Positions 28,784 to 39,301 of a stretch of 64,000 bases of DNA are shown here, piece after piece. The DNA is from an uncultured Gammaproteobacteria bacterium (lineage in GTDB: Bacteria > Patescibacteriota > Microgenomatia > UBA10105 > UBA927), in NCBI GenBank assembly GCA_964448085.1, contig CAYUUX010000001.1, positions 22,465 through 86,464 of the forward strand, in the 5' to 3' direction. The notes beneath the pieces were generated by a model. The model searched no databases. It saw nothing but the letters and a program-made list of their open reading frames with translations, and was not told the DNA's origin. The first letter of the stretch is position 1; each line of letters opens with the position of its first letter. Both the position numbers and the translations under genes were made by a program.

Positions 28784-30509
28784 TCGACTGTCCTTTCATT
28801 TTCAACACAATATCTTCACTGGTCCATTGCCGCCCATCATATTTCAACCATTGTTCTTCAATGGTAATTCCCGTCGCCTCACGGATGAGGTTTCTTAATT
28901 GTCCTGTTGCGTTTTGTTCTATGCATATCAGGCGTTTTTTCCCGGACAGGATAGGCACGATCTGTGACTCAACCATCGGAAAAACGTAGGAGAAATGCAC
29001 AAGCTGTGCCTTTATCCCAATTTTTTTTGCTTCTGCAATTGCATCCAAGATAACACCCTTTGTGGAACCAAACGATACAAATGTAACATCTGCATCGTCA
29101 TCACCGAACACGCTTGGTTTTGGAATACTTTTTTTTATCGCTTCCATTTTACGCAACCGTTTATTCACCATGTTTTTTCTCATTGTCGCATCCTCTGTCG
29201 TATATCCATGTTCATCGTGCTCATAGGAATTCGCTATGTATTCACGGTTCTTATCCCCCGGTAGGCTTCGTGAAGAAATTCCTTCGGGAGCCCCAACGTC
29301 ATACCGTTTGAATATCGATATGTCTGCCTGTGCCACTTGACTCTGTTTGTTTCCAGCCTCCTGCATGCTCCCCTGAGAAATCTGCCATTGTGTTTCATTT
29401 ATGTATTTATCCGTCAAGAGAAAAACAGGCGTCTGAAACCGATCCGCGAGATCAAATGCATGCTTTGTTAGTGTAAAACATTCGTTTGCATCACCCGGTG
29501 CAAGGATGATGCGCGGAAATTCCCCATGTCCTGCGTGTAAAACCATTTGAAGTTCACCCTGTTCTGTCCATGTCGGCATACCTGTTGCGGGCCCCGGCCG
29601 CATGCCAAGATCAATAACCACGGGAACTTCCATGATGCCTGCCATGGAAACACCTTCCACCATCAGCGCAAACCCTCCTCCCGATGTTGCAACCAGACTT
29701 CTGGCACCTGCAAGTGATGCACCGATTGCCATATTCATACCCGCTATTTCATCTTCCGGTTGCTTATAGACGATGCCAAATTCCTTTGCGTGATCGGCAA
29801 ATAATGGGATAAGTGCATTAATTGGGGTCATCGGATATATCGCTGCAAATTTCATGCCTCCAGCAACTGCACCAAGTCCTGCAGCTTCACTTCCATTCAA
29901 CACCATTTGCGCGTCTTGCACTGACCCCGCATCAATATGTAAATCCGCCTTTTCTGGATACCTGCTTTTTGCTTCATCGTATCCGATTCTTGCTATTGCA
30001 ATATTCTCCTCAACAATTGCTTGTCCTTTCCCTTTAAACTGATCGGCGATCACTTTCTCCAACTGCGCTATATCCTTCCCGAAGAAATACATCGTTGCAC
30101 CCAGCGCAATCGTATTCTTCATAACGGCATCGCCACCACGCGCGTCAACCAAATCACCAAAAGGAATTGGGATGAGGACAACTGGACGTGTGAATTCTTC
30201 AGGCTTCCATGCATATTCCTTTGGATCAAACACGACATACGCGCCCTCGCTTAATTCCGACTGGTGGAAAGCAACAGCGTCTTTATTCAGCGCTATCAGC
30301 AATTCTATAGAACGTTTTGGCGCATGTACGATCTGCGTTGTTATTCGGACGTGTACGAAATTATGTCCTCCACGGATCAACGAAGGGTATTCATTGCTTG
30401 CGATAACGCCGTATCCGTCCCTTGATAATGTTTTTGCAAGCATCGTCCCCGCAGACATGATGCCGAATCCTGCCTCACCACCAATAGCCCACGTAATATC
30501 ATTTCTCAT
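28776..30509 (-). CDS. korA: 2-oxoacid:ferredoxin oxidoreductase alpha subunit with fused gamma domain
   Basis: N-terminal gamma-like domain (ITWAIGGEAGFGIMSAG) then alpha subunit domains; start set at MRNDITW (ORF-track N-extension overlaps ferredoxin gene). Confidence 0.85.
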   Translation of the reverse strand: MRNDITWAIGGEAGFGIMSAGTMLAKTLSRDGYGVIASNEYPSLIRGGHNFVHVRITTQIVHAPKRSIELLIALNKDAVAFHQSELSEGAYVVFDPKEYAWKPEEFTRPVVLIPIPFGDLVDARGGDAVMKNTIALGATMYFFGKDIAQLEKVIADQFKGKGQAIVEENIAIARIGYDEAKSRYPEKADLHIDAGSVQDAQMVLNGSEAAGLGAVAGGMKFAAIYPMTPINALIPLFADHAKEFGIVYKQPEDEIAGMNMAIGASLAGARSLVATSGGGFALMVEGVSMAGIMEVPVVIDLGMRPGPATGMPTWTEQGELQMVLHAGHGEFPRIILAPGDANECFTLTKHAFDLADRFQTPVFLLTDKYINETQWQISQGSMQEAGNKQSQVAQADISIFKRYDVGAPEGISSRSLPGDKNREYIANSYEHDEHGYTTEDATMRKNMVNKRLRKMEAIKKSIPKPSVFGDDDADVTFVSFGSTKGVILDAIAEAKKIGIKAQLVHFSYVFPMVESQIVPILSGKKRLICIEQNATGQLRNLIREATGITIEEQWLKYDGRQWTSEDIVLKMKGQSNG

Positions 30510-30511
30510 AA

Positions 30512-30766
30512 TTAGGGAAAAATTGTCTTGCCGGTTGCATCCTGTATGGATATTGCCATTACCGGACATCCTTTTGCCGCATGGAGTACCGATTCTTCCG
30601 ATTCCTGTTCTGCACCCGGCAAAAACACTGCTTTTGCTTCGCCGTCCAAAACAAACGCTTTGGGAGCGAGTGCTATGCAGGTTGCCGCGCCAATACATAA
30701 ACTCCTATCAATTGTGACCGTATAGGAACCAATTTTTTGTGTGGTTTTGGGTGTATCTGTATTCAT
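30512..30766 (-). CDS. small ferredoxin (single-cluster, Pyrococcus Fd-like)
   Basis: DRSLCIGAATCIALAP...GCPVMAI: Cx4-5C...CP pattern of monocluster [3Fe-4S]/[4Fe-4S] ferredoxins; heads the kor operon. Confidence 0.65.
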   Translation of the reverse strand: MNTDTPKTTQKIGSYTVTIDRSLCIGAATCIALAPKAFVLDGEAKAVFLPGAEQESEESVLHAAKGCPVMAISIQDATGKTIFP

Positions 30767-30774
30767 GAGGTTTA

Positions 30775-31143
30775 TTATACGGTACTTCCCACTGCTTTTT
30801 GAAGTACCTCAAGCGGGAGCACTGCACATTTTATTCGCGACGGCGTTAAATCCGTCTGAAGCAATGTTGTTATGTCTTTTGTTGTCATCTCCATGATATC
30901 CTTTTTAGCTTTCCCCTTCACCTGATCCGTCAACAAAGAGGCGGATGCTTGACTGATCGCACAACCGACTCCTGAAAATCGGATATCGCTCACCTTCCCC
31001 GTGCTGTCTAACTGCAGCTCCATGGAAATTTTGTCCCCACATGCAGAATTAAACAGTGTACTCGTAGCGTCTGGGTTTTTGAGATGTCCGAAGTTATGCG
31101 GATGTTTATAGTGTTCCAAGATCAATTCGCGATAGATATCCAT
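30775..31143 (-). CDS. sufU: Fe-S cluster assembly sulfur-transfer/scaffold protein SufU (NifU/IscU-like)
   Basis: NPDATSTLFNSACGDKISMELQL...FSGVGCAISQASAS: three conserved Cys plus the SufU-type insertion. Confidence 0.8.
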   Translation of the reverse strand: MDIYRELILEHYKHPHNFGHLKNPDATSTLFNSACGDKISMELQLDSTGKVSDIRFSGVGCAISQASASLLTDQVKGKAKKDIMEMTTKDITTLLQTDLTPSRIKCAVLPLEVLQKAVGSTV

Positions 31144-31156
31144 ATCGAAGAGCTAT

Positions 31157-32386
31157 TTAAGTAAACATTTTTTGCACTTTTTTGATACCGGTAATCAACG
31201 CGTCAATATCTTCTTTTGAAGTATATACATAGAATGATGCCCGACACGTTGGACCGATTTCCAAAAATTCATGCAGCGGCATGGCACAATGGTATCCAAC
31301 GCGGATGCAAATATTATCCTGATCCAGGATTTGCGCTACATCATGCGGATGCACACCTTTCACTTGAAACGACACTACCCCTCCATGGATATCAGGATCG
31401 CTTGGGCCAAACATGGCAACACCCTGCAAATGCGACATCTGCGCCAAAGCGTATGCTGTGAGTTCTTTTTCGTGATTTCGTACTGCTTCCATTCCGATAC
31501 CTTTCAGGTATGAAATTGCAGCACCCAACCCTATAGCGCCTTCCATAAAGGGAGTCCCTGCCTCAAATTTGTGCGGCAGTTCGTTAAATATCGTCTCCGT
31601 GCTATGGACCTCCCGGATCATATCGCCGCCAAAAAGAAACGGCGGCATTCTGTTTAGTAGTGACTCTTTTGCCCATAATACACCGATACCGCTTGGACCC
31701 AACATCTTATGACCAGAAAACGCAATTGCATCCACTCCCCACGTTCTGACGTCAACCGGCATGTGTGGAACCGCCTGTGCAGCATCGATAATGACAATAC
31801 ATTCGGGGGCGATTTTCTTAATACGCGTCACGATCTTAGCAACAGGTGCTATGGTGCCCAATACATTGGATACTGCCGTTAGTGTCACGATTTTTGTCCT
31901 GTCATCAACGAGTGTTTCTATATCGTCAAGATCAAGCGTTCCATCCTTACGGACATTCCACAGTTTCAATAGACCCCCGTATTTGGGAAGCAGCTGTTGC
32001 CAAGGAACGAAGTTGGAGTGATGCTCCATGATTGTTGTTACTACTGTATCGCCTTGTGTTATGAGTAAGGGAATAAGCGTATAGGCAAGAAGATTTAGGG
32101 ACTCGCTCGTGTTTTTCGTAAACACGATTTCTCTTGTGGAAAATGCGTTGATGAAAGTAGCAACAATCTCCCGAGCTTTTTCATATGCAGCCGTTGCTTC
32201 CTCCGACATGGTATAGATTCCTCGAAACACGTTCGCGGAAAATTTCTTGTAGTACTCTTCCATTTGATCTATCACTACCTGTGGTTTGAGCGACGTTGCG
32301 GTTGAATCAAGATAGATGATAGGTTTTTCCCGAATGTGCCGTTTTAAAAGCGGAAAATCCTTTTGGATATGCGAAATATCAATCAT
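31157..32386 (-). CDS. sufS: cysteine desulfurase SufS (class V aminotransferase, group II)
   Basis: PLP-lysine motif AFSGHKMLGPSGIGVLW, C-terminal active Cys region RVGYHCAMPL; 409 aa. Confidence 0.9.
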   Translation of the reverse strand: MIDISHIQKDFPLLKRHIREKPIIYLDSTATSLKPQVVIDQMEEYYKKFSANVFRGIYTMSEEATAAYEKAREIVATFINAFSTREIVFTKNTSESLNLLAYTLIPLLITQGDTVVTTIMEHHSNFVPWQQLLPKYGGLLKLWNVRKDGTLDLDDIETLVDDRTKIVTLTAVSNVLGTIAPVAKIVTRIKKIAPECIVIIDAAQAVPHMPVDVRTWGVDAIAFSGHKMLGPSGIGVLWAKESLLNRMPPFLFGGDMIREVHSTETIFNELPHKFEAGTPFMEGAIGLGAAISYLKGIGMEAVRNHEKELTAYALAQMSHLQGVAMFGPSDPDIHGGVVSFQVKGVHPHDVAQILDQDNICIRVGYHCAMPLHEFLEIGPTCRASFYVYTSKEDIDALITGIKKVQKMFT

Positions 32387-32994
32387 ACGTGAATATATTG
32401 ATTATATATCATATCCCTTGTTTTTCGATCGGGGATACGATTCACAATATCATCAATAAATCCTTTTATACAAAGCGCTTCCGCACTCCTTTTACTCAGC
32501 CCCCTGGTTCCCAGATACCAAATCACGTCCGCAGGTATGGAACCTGTCGTGACGGCATGTGTACAACGCACGTCATTGTTGAGTATTTCCAAAACAGGTG
32601 AACTTGTCACGGTGTTCCCATCATTTCCGATCATATTTTCGTTTTTCTGATATGCATCCGAGCCGCTGGCGCATGTATCGATATAAATGTTGCCCCGAAA
32701 CACGAAGGTTGCATGTTTTGCGACAAAGGATTTTATGAGAAGATTGCTTTGTGTTTTTGGCTTTCTGTGCTGCTGACTGGTAACACAGGTTATCGTTGCG
32801 CCATCTTGAGGCAACACCAAACAATAGATGGTTGCTTTCCCTTCAGGTTCGTCCATCACCACCTGTATGTTCGCTTGAAACGATTTGGCGGAAGTAACGA
32901 GAATGGTAATAATGGCATGTTCACTTTTTCCAACCGTATACGAAAATGACGTATCCGTACTGGTTAAAATTCGTGTGATATGTCGTTCTTTCAT
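32383..32994 (-). CDS. sufD: Fe-S cluster assembly protein SufD, short form
   Basis: SufBD-family beta-helix C-terminal region (…HAVTTGSIPADVIWYLGTRGLS…); only about 200 aa, about half the length of canonical SufD. Confidence 0.6.
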   Translation of the reverse strand: MKERHITRILTSTDTSFSYTVGKSEHAIITILVTSAKSFQANIQVVMDEPEGKATIYCLVLPQDGATITCVTSQQHRKPKTQSNLLIKSFVAKHATFVFRGNIYIDTCASGSDAYQKNENMIGNDGNTVTSSPVLEILNNDVRCTHAVTTGSIPADVIWYLGTRGLSKRSAEALCIKGFIDDIVNRIPDRKTRDMIYNQYIHV

Positions 32995-32998
32995 ACTG

Positions 32999-34399
32999 TT
33001 ATCCGATAGATCCCGTCATTTGTACATCCATCAATCGATTCAATTCCACCGCATACTCCAACGGCAACTCTTTCACTATCGGTTCGATGAAACCGTTGAC
33101 CACCATGGACATCGCCTGCGACTTATCAATTCCCCGACTGGTAATATAAAAAAGCTGTTCATCTGAGACTTTCGATACCGATGCTTCATGTTCAACAACG
33201 CTTGTTGCTTCTTGCACCTCTATAGTCGGATAGGTGTCCGAACGTGACATGGAATCCAGAATTAGTGCATCACAGACAACGTTACTTCGTGCGCGCTTCA
33301 TATTCTTTGCTACGAAGACACGGCCGCGATATGACGTTCTCCCTCCACCGGAACTGATTGATTTCGAAATAATCCGCGATGAAGTCTCTGGAGCAAGATG
33401 TATTGCCTTACCTCCTGTGTCCTGTATCTGTCCGGCACCCGCATAGGCAATCGATAATACCTCCCCTCGGGCTTTTCTCCCAACAAGGTACATCGCCGGA
33501 TATTTCATTGTCACTTTGCTTCCGATATTGCCGTCTACCCATTCCATGACGCCTTCTTCTTCCACACGAGCGCGTTTTGTCACTAAGTTGTATACATTGG
33601 TGCTCCAGTTTTGCACGGTGGAATACCGAACACGCGCGCCTTTTTTCACAAACACCTCAACAACAGCACTGTGCAGGGAATCTGTCGAATAAATTGGCGC
33701 TGTACATCCTTCAATGTACTGCACAAAACTTCCTTCGTCCGCGATAATAAGGGTCCTTTCGAACTGACCCATATTTGCCGCATTGATACGGAAATATGCC
33801 TGGAGCGGTAAACCAACAGATACCCCTTTGGGTACATAGATAAACGATCCTCCTGACCACACGGCACTATTTAATGCCGCAAATTTGTTGTCTCCAGCCG
33901 GAACCAGCGTTCCAAAATACGGACGGACCAGTTCCGGATAGTTTTTCACTGCCGTATCCATGTCCGTGAAAATGACGCCTTTCTGTCGAAGCGTTTTTTC
34001 CACACTTTTGTATACCACCTCCGACTCGTACTGCGCGGATACTCCGGAAAGGTATTTTTTTTCCATCTCCGGAATACCAATTTTTTCATACGTATCTCGT
34101 ATGGCATCCGGCAATTCCTCCCACCGCTGCGCCTGTGTTTTTACCGGACGTAAATAGTAATAAAGATCATTAAATGGCAATTCTGACAATCCGGGACCCC
34201 AAGAAGGCATCGATTTTTTGTTAAAAATAGTAAAGCTTTTTAATCGGTTCTCCCTCATCCAGGCAGCTTCCGCCTTTTGTTCACTCATACTGTAAATAAC
34301 GGAAGTATCCAATCCTTTCGCAGACTTAAAAATTGCTGTCTCCGGTTTGTGAAATCCAAATGCGTATGGAGCAGGGACAAATGCTAGTATCTTACTCAT
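32999..34399 (-). CDS. sufB: Fe-S cluster assembly protein SufB
   Basis: SufB signature regions (…[16 protein letters not shown]…; C-terminal …[17 protein letters not shown]…); start placed after the sufC stop. Confidence 0.9.
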   Translation of the reverse strand: MSKILAFVPAPYAFGFHKPETAIFKSAKGLDTSVIYSMSEQKAEAAWMRENRLKSFTIFNKKSMPSWGPGLSELPFNDLYYYLRPVKTQAQRWEELPDAIRDTYEKIGIPEMEKKYLSGVSAQYESEVVYKSVEKTLRQKGVIFTDMDTAVKNYPELVRPYFGTLVPAGDNKFAALNSAVWSGGSFIYVPKGVSVGLPLQAYFRINAANMGQFERTLIIADEGSFVQYIEGCTAPIYSTDSLHSAVVEVFVKKGARVRYSTVQNWSTNVYNLVTKRARVEEEGVMEWVDGNIGSKVTMKYPAMYLVGRKARGEVLSIAYAGAGQIQDTGGKAIHLAPETSSRIISKSISSGGGRTSYRGRVFVAKNMKRARSNVVCDALILDSMSRSDTYPTIEVQEATSVVEHEASVSKVSDEQLFYITSRGIDKSQAMSMVVNGFIEPIVKELPLEYAVELNRLMDVQMTGSIG

Positions 34400-35162
34400 A
34401 GCCGTGTTTTTCAATATATCCAACGATATTTGCGCCACCGGTATGCACAATTGCCCCCTTCTTGATGACGGTGACTGTATCCGCCGGAAGATATCGTAAC
34501 AACCGTTGGTAATGCGTGATGAGTATGCATCCTGTACCTGATTTTTGAAGCTTTCTGATACCCGCAGCCACGATCTTCAGCGCGTCAACATCAAGACCTG
34601 TATCAATCTCATCAAATATTGCATACTCTGGTTGCAACATCAGTGCCTGCAACACTTCTATTTTTTTCTTTTCCCCTCCAGAAAATCCGTCGTGTATGCT
34701 TCTTTCAAGCAAATTCGGTTCTATATGAAGTAGCGCGACTATTTCATCCATTGTCTTTTGAAAATCTCCATTAGCCAAACCAGATCCCAACACCTTTGAG
34801 GAATGCGTTCGTATGCGCTTCCCTCTTGCGGCTCTTTCCTGAAAACTCGCGCGTATGATATTTTTTACAGTAACACCGGGAACTGCAACGGGTGATTGGA
34901 ATGCAAGAAATAGACCAAGCTGTGCTCTTTTGGACGTTTCCATGTGTATGATATCCTTTTTACCCAATAGCATTCTTCCTTGCGCCACATACCCCGGATG
35001 CCCCAAAATCACGTTTGCAAGCGTTGACTTTCCGCTACCGTTTGGCCCCATAATCACATGGATTTTCCCTGGAACAAAGGTTACTGATACATCGTTGAGA
35101 ATGTGTTTTCCTTCGCCGGTTAAAGCCGATACGTGGAAAAGCGTCAATGATTGTTTTTTCAT
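34392..35162 (-). CDS. sufC: Fe-S cluster assembly ATPase SufC
   Basis: Walker [13 protein letters not shown] signature [15 protein letters not shown], Walker [13 protein letters not shown]-loop ITHY. Confidence 0.92.
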   Translation of the reverse strand: MKKQSLTLFHVSALTGEGKHILNDVSVTFVPGKIHVIMGPNGSGKSTLANVILGHPGYVAQGRMLLGKKDIIHMETSKRAQLGLFLAFQSPVAVPGVTVKNIIRASFQERAARGKRIRTHSSKVLGSGLANGDFQKTMDEIVALLHIEPNLLERSIHDGFSGGEKKKIEVLQALMLQPEYAIFDEIDTGLDVDALKIVAAGIRKLQKSGTGCILITHYQRLLRYLPADTVTVIKKGAIVHTGGANIVGYIEKHGYE

Positions 35163-35569
35163 ATCTTGTACTCCTTTATGAGTTGATCAAGTGTGACATT
35201 GTTGCAATAGTTCAAAAACGTCGTTTCAATCTGCCCCCTGATGCGGTTTGGTAGACAGTTTGGATGAATCGGGCATGTCCGAGACTTGTGGAGCTGCACG
35301 TTAATAATCATTTTTTGGGATTCTAAAGCTTGCAACAGTGAAAATATCGAAATTTGATCAGCTGGTTTGGCAAGTGTGTATCCACCACCAATACCCTCTT
35401 TGCTGATCACAAGACCTGCTTGCTTGAGAAAACGCGTTACTTTTTTCAGGAATGCAAACGAGATTCCATGAGTGTTTCCAATGTCTTTCAGCGATTTCCA
35501 CCTGCCGTCTTGAGAGGCAAGTTCAGCAGCAACAAGAATGGCAACTTCTTCAGATCGGGTAAGTTTCAT
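35159..35569 (-). CDS. Rrf2-family transcriptional regulator (IscR/SufR-like)
   Basis: N-terminal wHTH (ISFAFLKKVTRFLKQAGLVISKEGIGGGYTL) typical of Rrf2; C-terminal Cys/His (…SRTCPIHPNC…) could ligate an Fe-S cluster; first gene of the suf operon. Confidence 0.8.
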   Translation of the reverse strand: MKLTRSEEVAILVAAELASQDGRWKSLKDIGNTHGISFAFLKKVTRFLKQAGLVISKEGIGGGYTLAKPADQISIFSLLQALESQKMIINVQLHKSRTCPIHPNCLPNRIRGQIETTFLNYCNNVTLDQLIKEYKI

Positions 35570-35594
35570 AACTGATACCGATATGGTATCAGTT
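35570..35594 (-). promoter_or_regulatory. 25 bp perfect palindrome abutting the rrf2 start codon: candidate Rrf2 operator
   Basis: AACTGATACC-GATAT-GGTATCAGTT (10 bp arms, 5 nt centre), same length class as IscR type-1 sites; no U-run on the downstream side, so not a terminator. Confidence 0.5.
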
Positions 35595-35614
35595 ATTGTG
35601 TAAATTGCAAGGTA

Positions 35615-36463
35615 TTACAGAGTGTCTCGTATACGATCGGTTTTTCCCATAAATACTTCGTATATCCCCTGCATACGCAGAATAAAATATTCTTCGTTGT
35701 GGAGTGGATGATTTGCGAAGTCTATAAATCTGTCCACATCGATTTTTTGTGTTTCATGACAAAGAAGCGCCTTTCCCTTTAACAGCTTTGTTTCCTTTAT
35801 ATCAATAGCAGTTGTCACAATTTTATCCTTAACACCGCTCCAAGGCTTCCCATACGACTCTTCCGGGATTACTTTTGTCTTTTTTAAGTACGATGCAACG
35901 CGATCCGGCATGCAAACATAATAGAGTTTTGGTTCCTTTTCTGTATCCGATACATCGCCAAAAGCCCGTAAATATGCGTCTTCCTTCCACATCTTTCCCC
36001 TGCCTGTTTTGATCGTACCGGGCTGTTTTAATGAATCCAAATGCCGAGCATATTTTTGGAACGCAAACGTTGTCGCATAGCATGTCTTTATGTGATCCGG
36101 ATGGTTACTAATTCCCGAAGTGTCGTAGGTAACAACAATATCAGGCATGAATTCCATCATTTTTTTTATAATTGGATCCTCAAGCGTGCCGGGTGACAAT
36201 GCCGTTAACCCACCATCCGGTTGACCCAAGAAAGTAACGTTTCGAATTCCCAATATCTTTGCGGCAGCTTCCAATTCCTTTTGCCGAAGTGCCCCAAGCG
36301 CCTCTCCTTTTGCCCATGTGAATTCACCGTTTTGTCCGGCCTCGCCGTTGGTTGCCACAACAAGATCGATTGTCCAACCAAGATTTGCGTATTTTGCTAT
36401 TGTACCGCCAACACTAAATGACTCATCGTCGGGATGCGCAAACACTAAAAGCATTGTATTCAT
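35615..36463 (-). CDS. PIG-L/LmbE family N-acetylglucosaminyl deacetylase
   Basis: LLVFAHPDDESFSVGGTIAKY…HPDH zinc-binding motifs of the LmbE-like family. Confidence 0.8.
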   Translation of the reverse strand: MNTMLLVFAHPDDESFSVGGTIAKYANLGWTIDLVVATNGEAGQNGEFTWAKGEALGALRQKELEAAAKILGIRNVTFLGQPDGGLTALSPGTLEDPIIKKMMEFMPDIVVTYDTSGISNHPDHIKTCYATTFAFQKYARHLDSLKQPGTIKTGRGKMWKEDAYLRAFGDVSDTEKEPKLYYVCMPDRVASYLKKTKVIPEESYGKPWSGVKDKIVTTAIDIKETKLLKGKALLCHETQKIDVDRFIDFANHPLHNEEYFILRMQGIYEVFMGKTDRIRDTL

Positions 36464-36477
36464 GGTACAATTCTATC

Positions 36478-37356
36478 ATGAATACGATCCCGATCCATGC
36501 GGCAACCGATTGGACGGAGTATGCACTTCTTGACAGCGGCGAAGGAGAAAAGCTGGAACAGTTTGCCGGGTATCGCATGATTCGTCCCGATCCGCGTGCA
36601 ATTTGGAACCGGTTACACCCTGATTTATGGAACAAAGCAGATGCGCATTTCATACGAACCGACAGTGAGCATGGTACCTGGAAAATAACCACACCCCCAC
36701 CGACACCATGGAGACTGCATTACAAAGACATGCAATTTGCTCTCCATCCGACCGATTTCAAACATGTTGGTATATTTCCCGAACAATCCACCAATTGGAA
36801 TTGGATACGCGAGCAATGCCAACACATGAAAACTCCACGAGTTTTAAATTTATTTGGCTATACCGGTGCTGCAACAGTTGCAGCAACAAAAGCAGGCGCG
36901 CATGTCACCCATGTAGACAGCTCCAAACCATCAATTACGTGGGCACACGAAAACTGTGATTTAAACAGTGTTGATCCTTCCCAAACACGGTGGATTGTAG
37001 AAGATGTAATGAAGTTTATCTCACGCGAAGAAAAACGCGGTAATTCTTATGACGGGATCATACTTGATCCGCCGCGTTTTGGGAGAGGGAATAAAGGAGA
37101 AGTATGGAAACTCGCAGAGAATCTCCCCCATCTTTTATCATCGGTTTCTCACATTCTTTCTCCAGGACCTTCGTTTGTATTGCTAAACGCATACACCGCA
37201 GACCTTTCCGTTTTGGCTCTTTATAATCTCATGTCGTCTGTATTTTTTGAAACAAAAGATACGTTCACGTTTGGCGAATTAGCGACAAAAGAGAATGGAA
37301 CGGAGCGGTTTCTTCCACAGGGAGCGTTTGTTCGATTACTCCGAAGGGCAAATTGA
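36478..37356 (+). CDS. class I SAM-dependent methyltransferase, RlmI/YccW-like (PUA-less)
   Basis: GYTGAATVAATKAGA…VTHVD (SAM-binding) and ILDPPRFGRG (DPPxF motif of RlmI-type RNA m5C methyltransferases). Confidence 0.65.
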   Translation: MNTIPIHAATDWTEYALLDSGEGEKLEQFAGYRMIRPDPRAIWNRLHPDLWNKADAHFIRTDSEHGTWKITTPPPTPWRLHYKDMQFALHPTDFKHVGIFPEQSTNWNWIREQCQHMKTPRVLNLFGYTGAATVAATKAGAHVTHVDSSKPSITWAHENCDLNSVDPSQTRWIVEDVMKFISREEKRGNSYDGIILDPPRFGRGNKGEVWKLAENLPHLLSSVSHILSPGPSFVLLNAYTADLSVLALYNLMSSVFFETKDTFTFGELATKENGTERFLPQGAFVRLLRRAN

Positions 37357-37376
37357 GTAAAGATTCCAAAGAAACA

Positions 37377-37787
37377 TTAGAGCCATTTCTGAGCAAAGTA
37401 CGTGATGGTCATACCTGACAGCGCGCCTAGAAGTGGACCCCAAATAACCTCAAGGATTGTAATTTCTAACCCCCAATTATTGATCAGTGCGTAATTTACC
37501 AATCCGTACACAGTGATCCCCAATATTCCACATGCGGCACCAATCAACGCGCCTTCTGTAATTTTGGGATGTCCACCGGTTTTATAGAGCACCAAAAACA
37601 TCGTTACTGCGACTACCAATATTTGGGAAAGAAGACCGGGTAGACCCTGAAGCGCCAGCTTGCCGTTTTCCATACGGGCAACGGGGGCAAACCACGCACT
37701 GTATTGTTTTCCAAAAATTACCAAATGCCAGAACGCATCAATTGCGCTTGTTATCAGAAAGGACAGAAAATACACGAGAAAAATCAT
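37377..37787 (-). CDS. small integral membrane protein (DUF2177-like), hypothetical
   Basis: 4 predicted TM helices, no catalytic motifs. Confidence 0.5.
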   Translation of the reverse strand: MIFLVYFLSFLITSAIDAFWHLVIFGKQYSAWFAPVARMENGKLALQGLPGLLSQILVVAVTMFLVLYKTGGHPKITEGALIGAACGILGITVYGLVNYALINNWGLEITILEVIWGPLLGALSGMTITYFAQKWL

Positions 37788-37833
37788 AGTATTCCCTCCT
37801 TAACCTCATGGAGTATACCATACTCGCCCATTC

Positions 37834-38250
37834 TTGCTATACTTTGTGTGCATGGACATGTCCTTTCTTCGTACAGCAAAAACTATCGCTGTTATCGGTC
37901 TTTCCGATATACAAGACAGACCAAGTTATCGGGTTGCTTCATACCTGCAACAGCATGGGTACAGGATTATTCCCGTCAACCCACATGTACGTTTTGTGTT
38001 GCACGAACCAAGTTTCCCTTCCATACAGGCAATACCAACCAACATACCAATTGATATCGTCGATATATTTAGAAAATCGGAATTTGTTCCCGACATCGTA
38101 AGATCGCTGTTACATCGCCAGGAAAAACCAATCATATGGATGCAGGAAGGCGTTGTATCCGATGAAGCAAAAAGACTTGCTGAATCCAACAATCTTCCTG
38201 TTGTTATGAACCTCTGTATCATGAAGGAACATCAGAAACTCGATCCATAA
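37834..38250 (+). CDS. CoA-binding domain protein (YccU-like)
   Basis: AKTIAVIGLSDIQDRPSYRVASYLQQHGYRIIPVNP: Rossmann-like CoA-binding fold signature; real start may be Met7 or Met9. Confidence 0.7.
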   Translation: MLYFVCMDMSFLRTAKTIAVIGLSDIQDRPSYRVASYLQQHGYRIIPVNPHVRFVLHEPSFPSIQAIPTNIPIDIVDIFRKSEFVPDIVRSLLHRQEKPIIWMQEGVVSDEAKRLAESNNLPVVMNLCIMKEHQKLDP

Positions 38251-39301
38251 ATTTTGTGAGCACCTTCGTGTATTGTTTTACAGAGACGATATCTATCCAT
38301 TCCCTGTCTGTATGAATATCACCCCCTTTTGGTTTACTGACGATTGCGGGTATTCCAACCGCAGAAAAAAACCGCGCGTCCGACGCTCCGTATTCGGATG
38401 TGTATATTCGACTTACCCGAGCAATACTGCGCACCTCTTGTTCCCATAGGCGTACATACGAATTATTTCTGTCCGTTTTATATATGCTCGCATTTGACAA
38501 AATGGTAACGTTGGATACTCCAAATACCTGTTCCACACGTTTTTTGATGTCTTCCGGAACAATCCCAGGGGGGTAGCGAAAATCCAAACGAGCAATTGCG
38601 CTGGATGCTACCTGGTTTGTCTGTAGTCCCCCTTGAATCACGCCAATGGTCAAGGTTGTGTTCCATGTCTCCTTTGTGGATTCTGGATAATACTCACGAA
38701 GACGCAACAATTTTCTAAGGAGAATGTCGTTTGCACTAATCCCATCCCATGGTCGAGAACCATGACACGATTTCCCCCGTACGCAAACCTCCACATGCAG
38801 CGCACCTTTCGCTTGTTCAACAATTTTCCAATTATCGCCACCGTCGGGACACACGATAATTTTTGCACGATAACCAACGGTATTTACCAAATACCCAACC
38901 CCGTTTTTTCCTCCAATTTCTTCATCGCCGGTCAGCATGATAGCAACAGAGGGCAATTTTTTATTTTTCTTCCACAGCGTCCGTAACGATTCGTTAAAAA
39001 CGGGAATTGCGTATTTCATATCAGATACGCCCCTCCCCAACCAACGACCCCTCTTTGTTTTCAAGGTAAATAGTTGTTGGCATCCTGGTACGACATCGAT
39101 GTGTGCGCTCAGGATTATGTCGCTTACAACACCGGGCTCTGTTGACCAAACAACCGAACGCACATCGTTGTGCATATACTTTCGCACTTTAAACGGATAC
39201 CAAGACAACACCTTCGCTATAAAGCCATAACATGCAACTATAGCTTTGTCGTTTCCCTGTATTGTTGTATAACCGATAAGTTTTTTTAGTGCTTCTTCCA
39301 T
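38219..39301 (-). CDS. M20 family metallo-amidohydrolase (ArgE/DapE/aminoacylase-like)
   Basis: HIDVV metal-binding His, GVSDMKY (Asp ligand plus catalytic region), TGDEEIGG (Glu ligands), C-terminal His region; start at MEEALKK. Confidence 0.8.
   Translation of the reverse strand: MEEALKKLIGYTTIQGNDKAIVACYGFIAKVLSWYPFKVRKYMHNDVRSVVWSTEPGVVSDIILSAHIDVVPGCQQLFTLKTKRGRWLGRGVSDMKYAIPVFNESLRTLWKKNKKLPSVAIMLTGDEEIGGKNGVGYLVNTVGYRAKIIVCPDGGDNWKIVEQAKGALHVEVCVRGKSCHGSRPWDGISANDILLRKLLRLREYYPESTKETWNTTLTIGVIQGGLQTNQVASSAIARLDFRYPPGIVPEDIKKRVEQVFGVSNVTILSNASIYKTDRNNSYVRLWEQEVRSIARVSRIYTSEYGASDARFFSAVGIPAIVSKPKGGDIHTDREWIDIVSVKQYTKVLTKFMDRVSDVPS

Noticed and set aside
35570-35594. Interpreting the 25 bp palindrome as the terminator of the upstream PIG-L gene
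   Set aside because: On the transcribed (minus) strand the hairpin is followed by AUGAAAC (the rrf2 start), not a U-run. Its 25 bp length and position fit an Rrf2 operator better.
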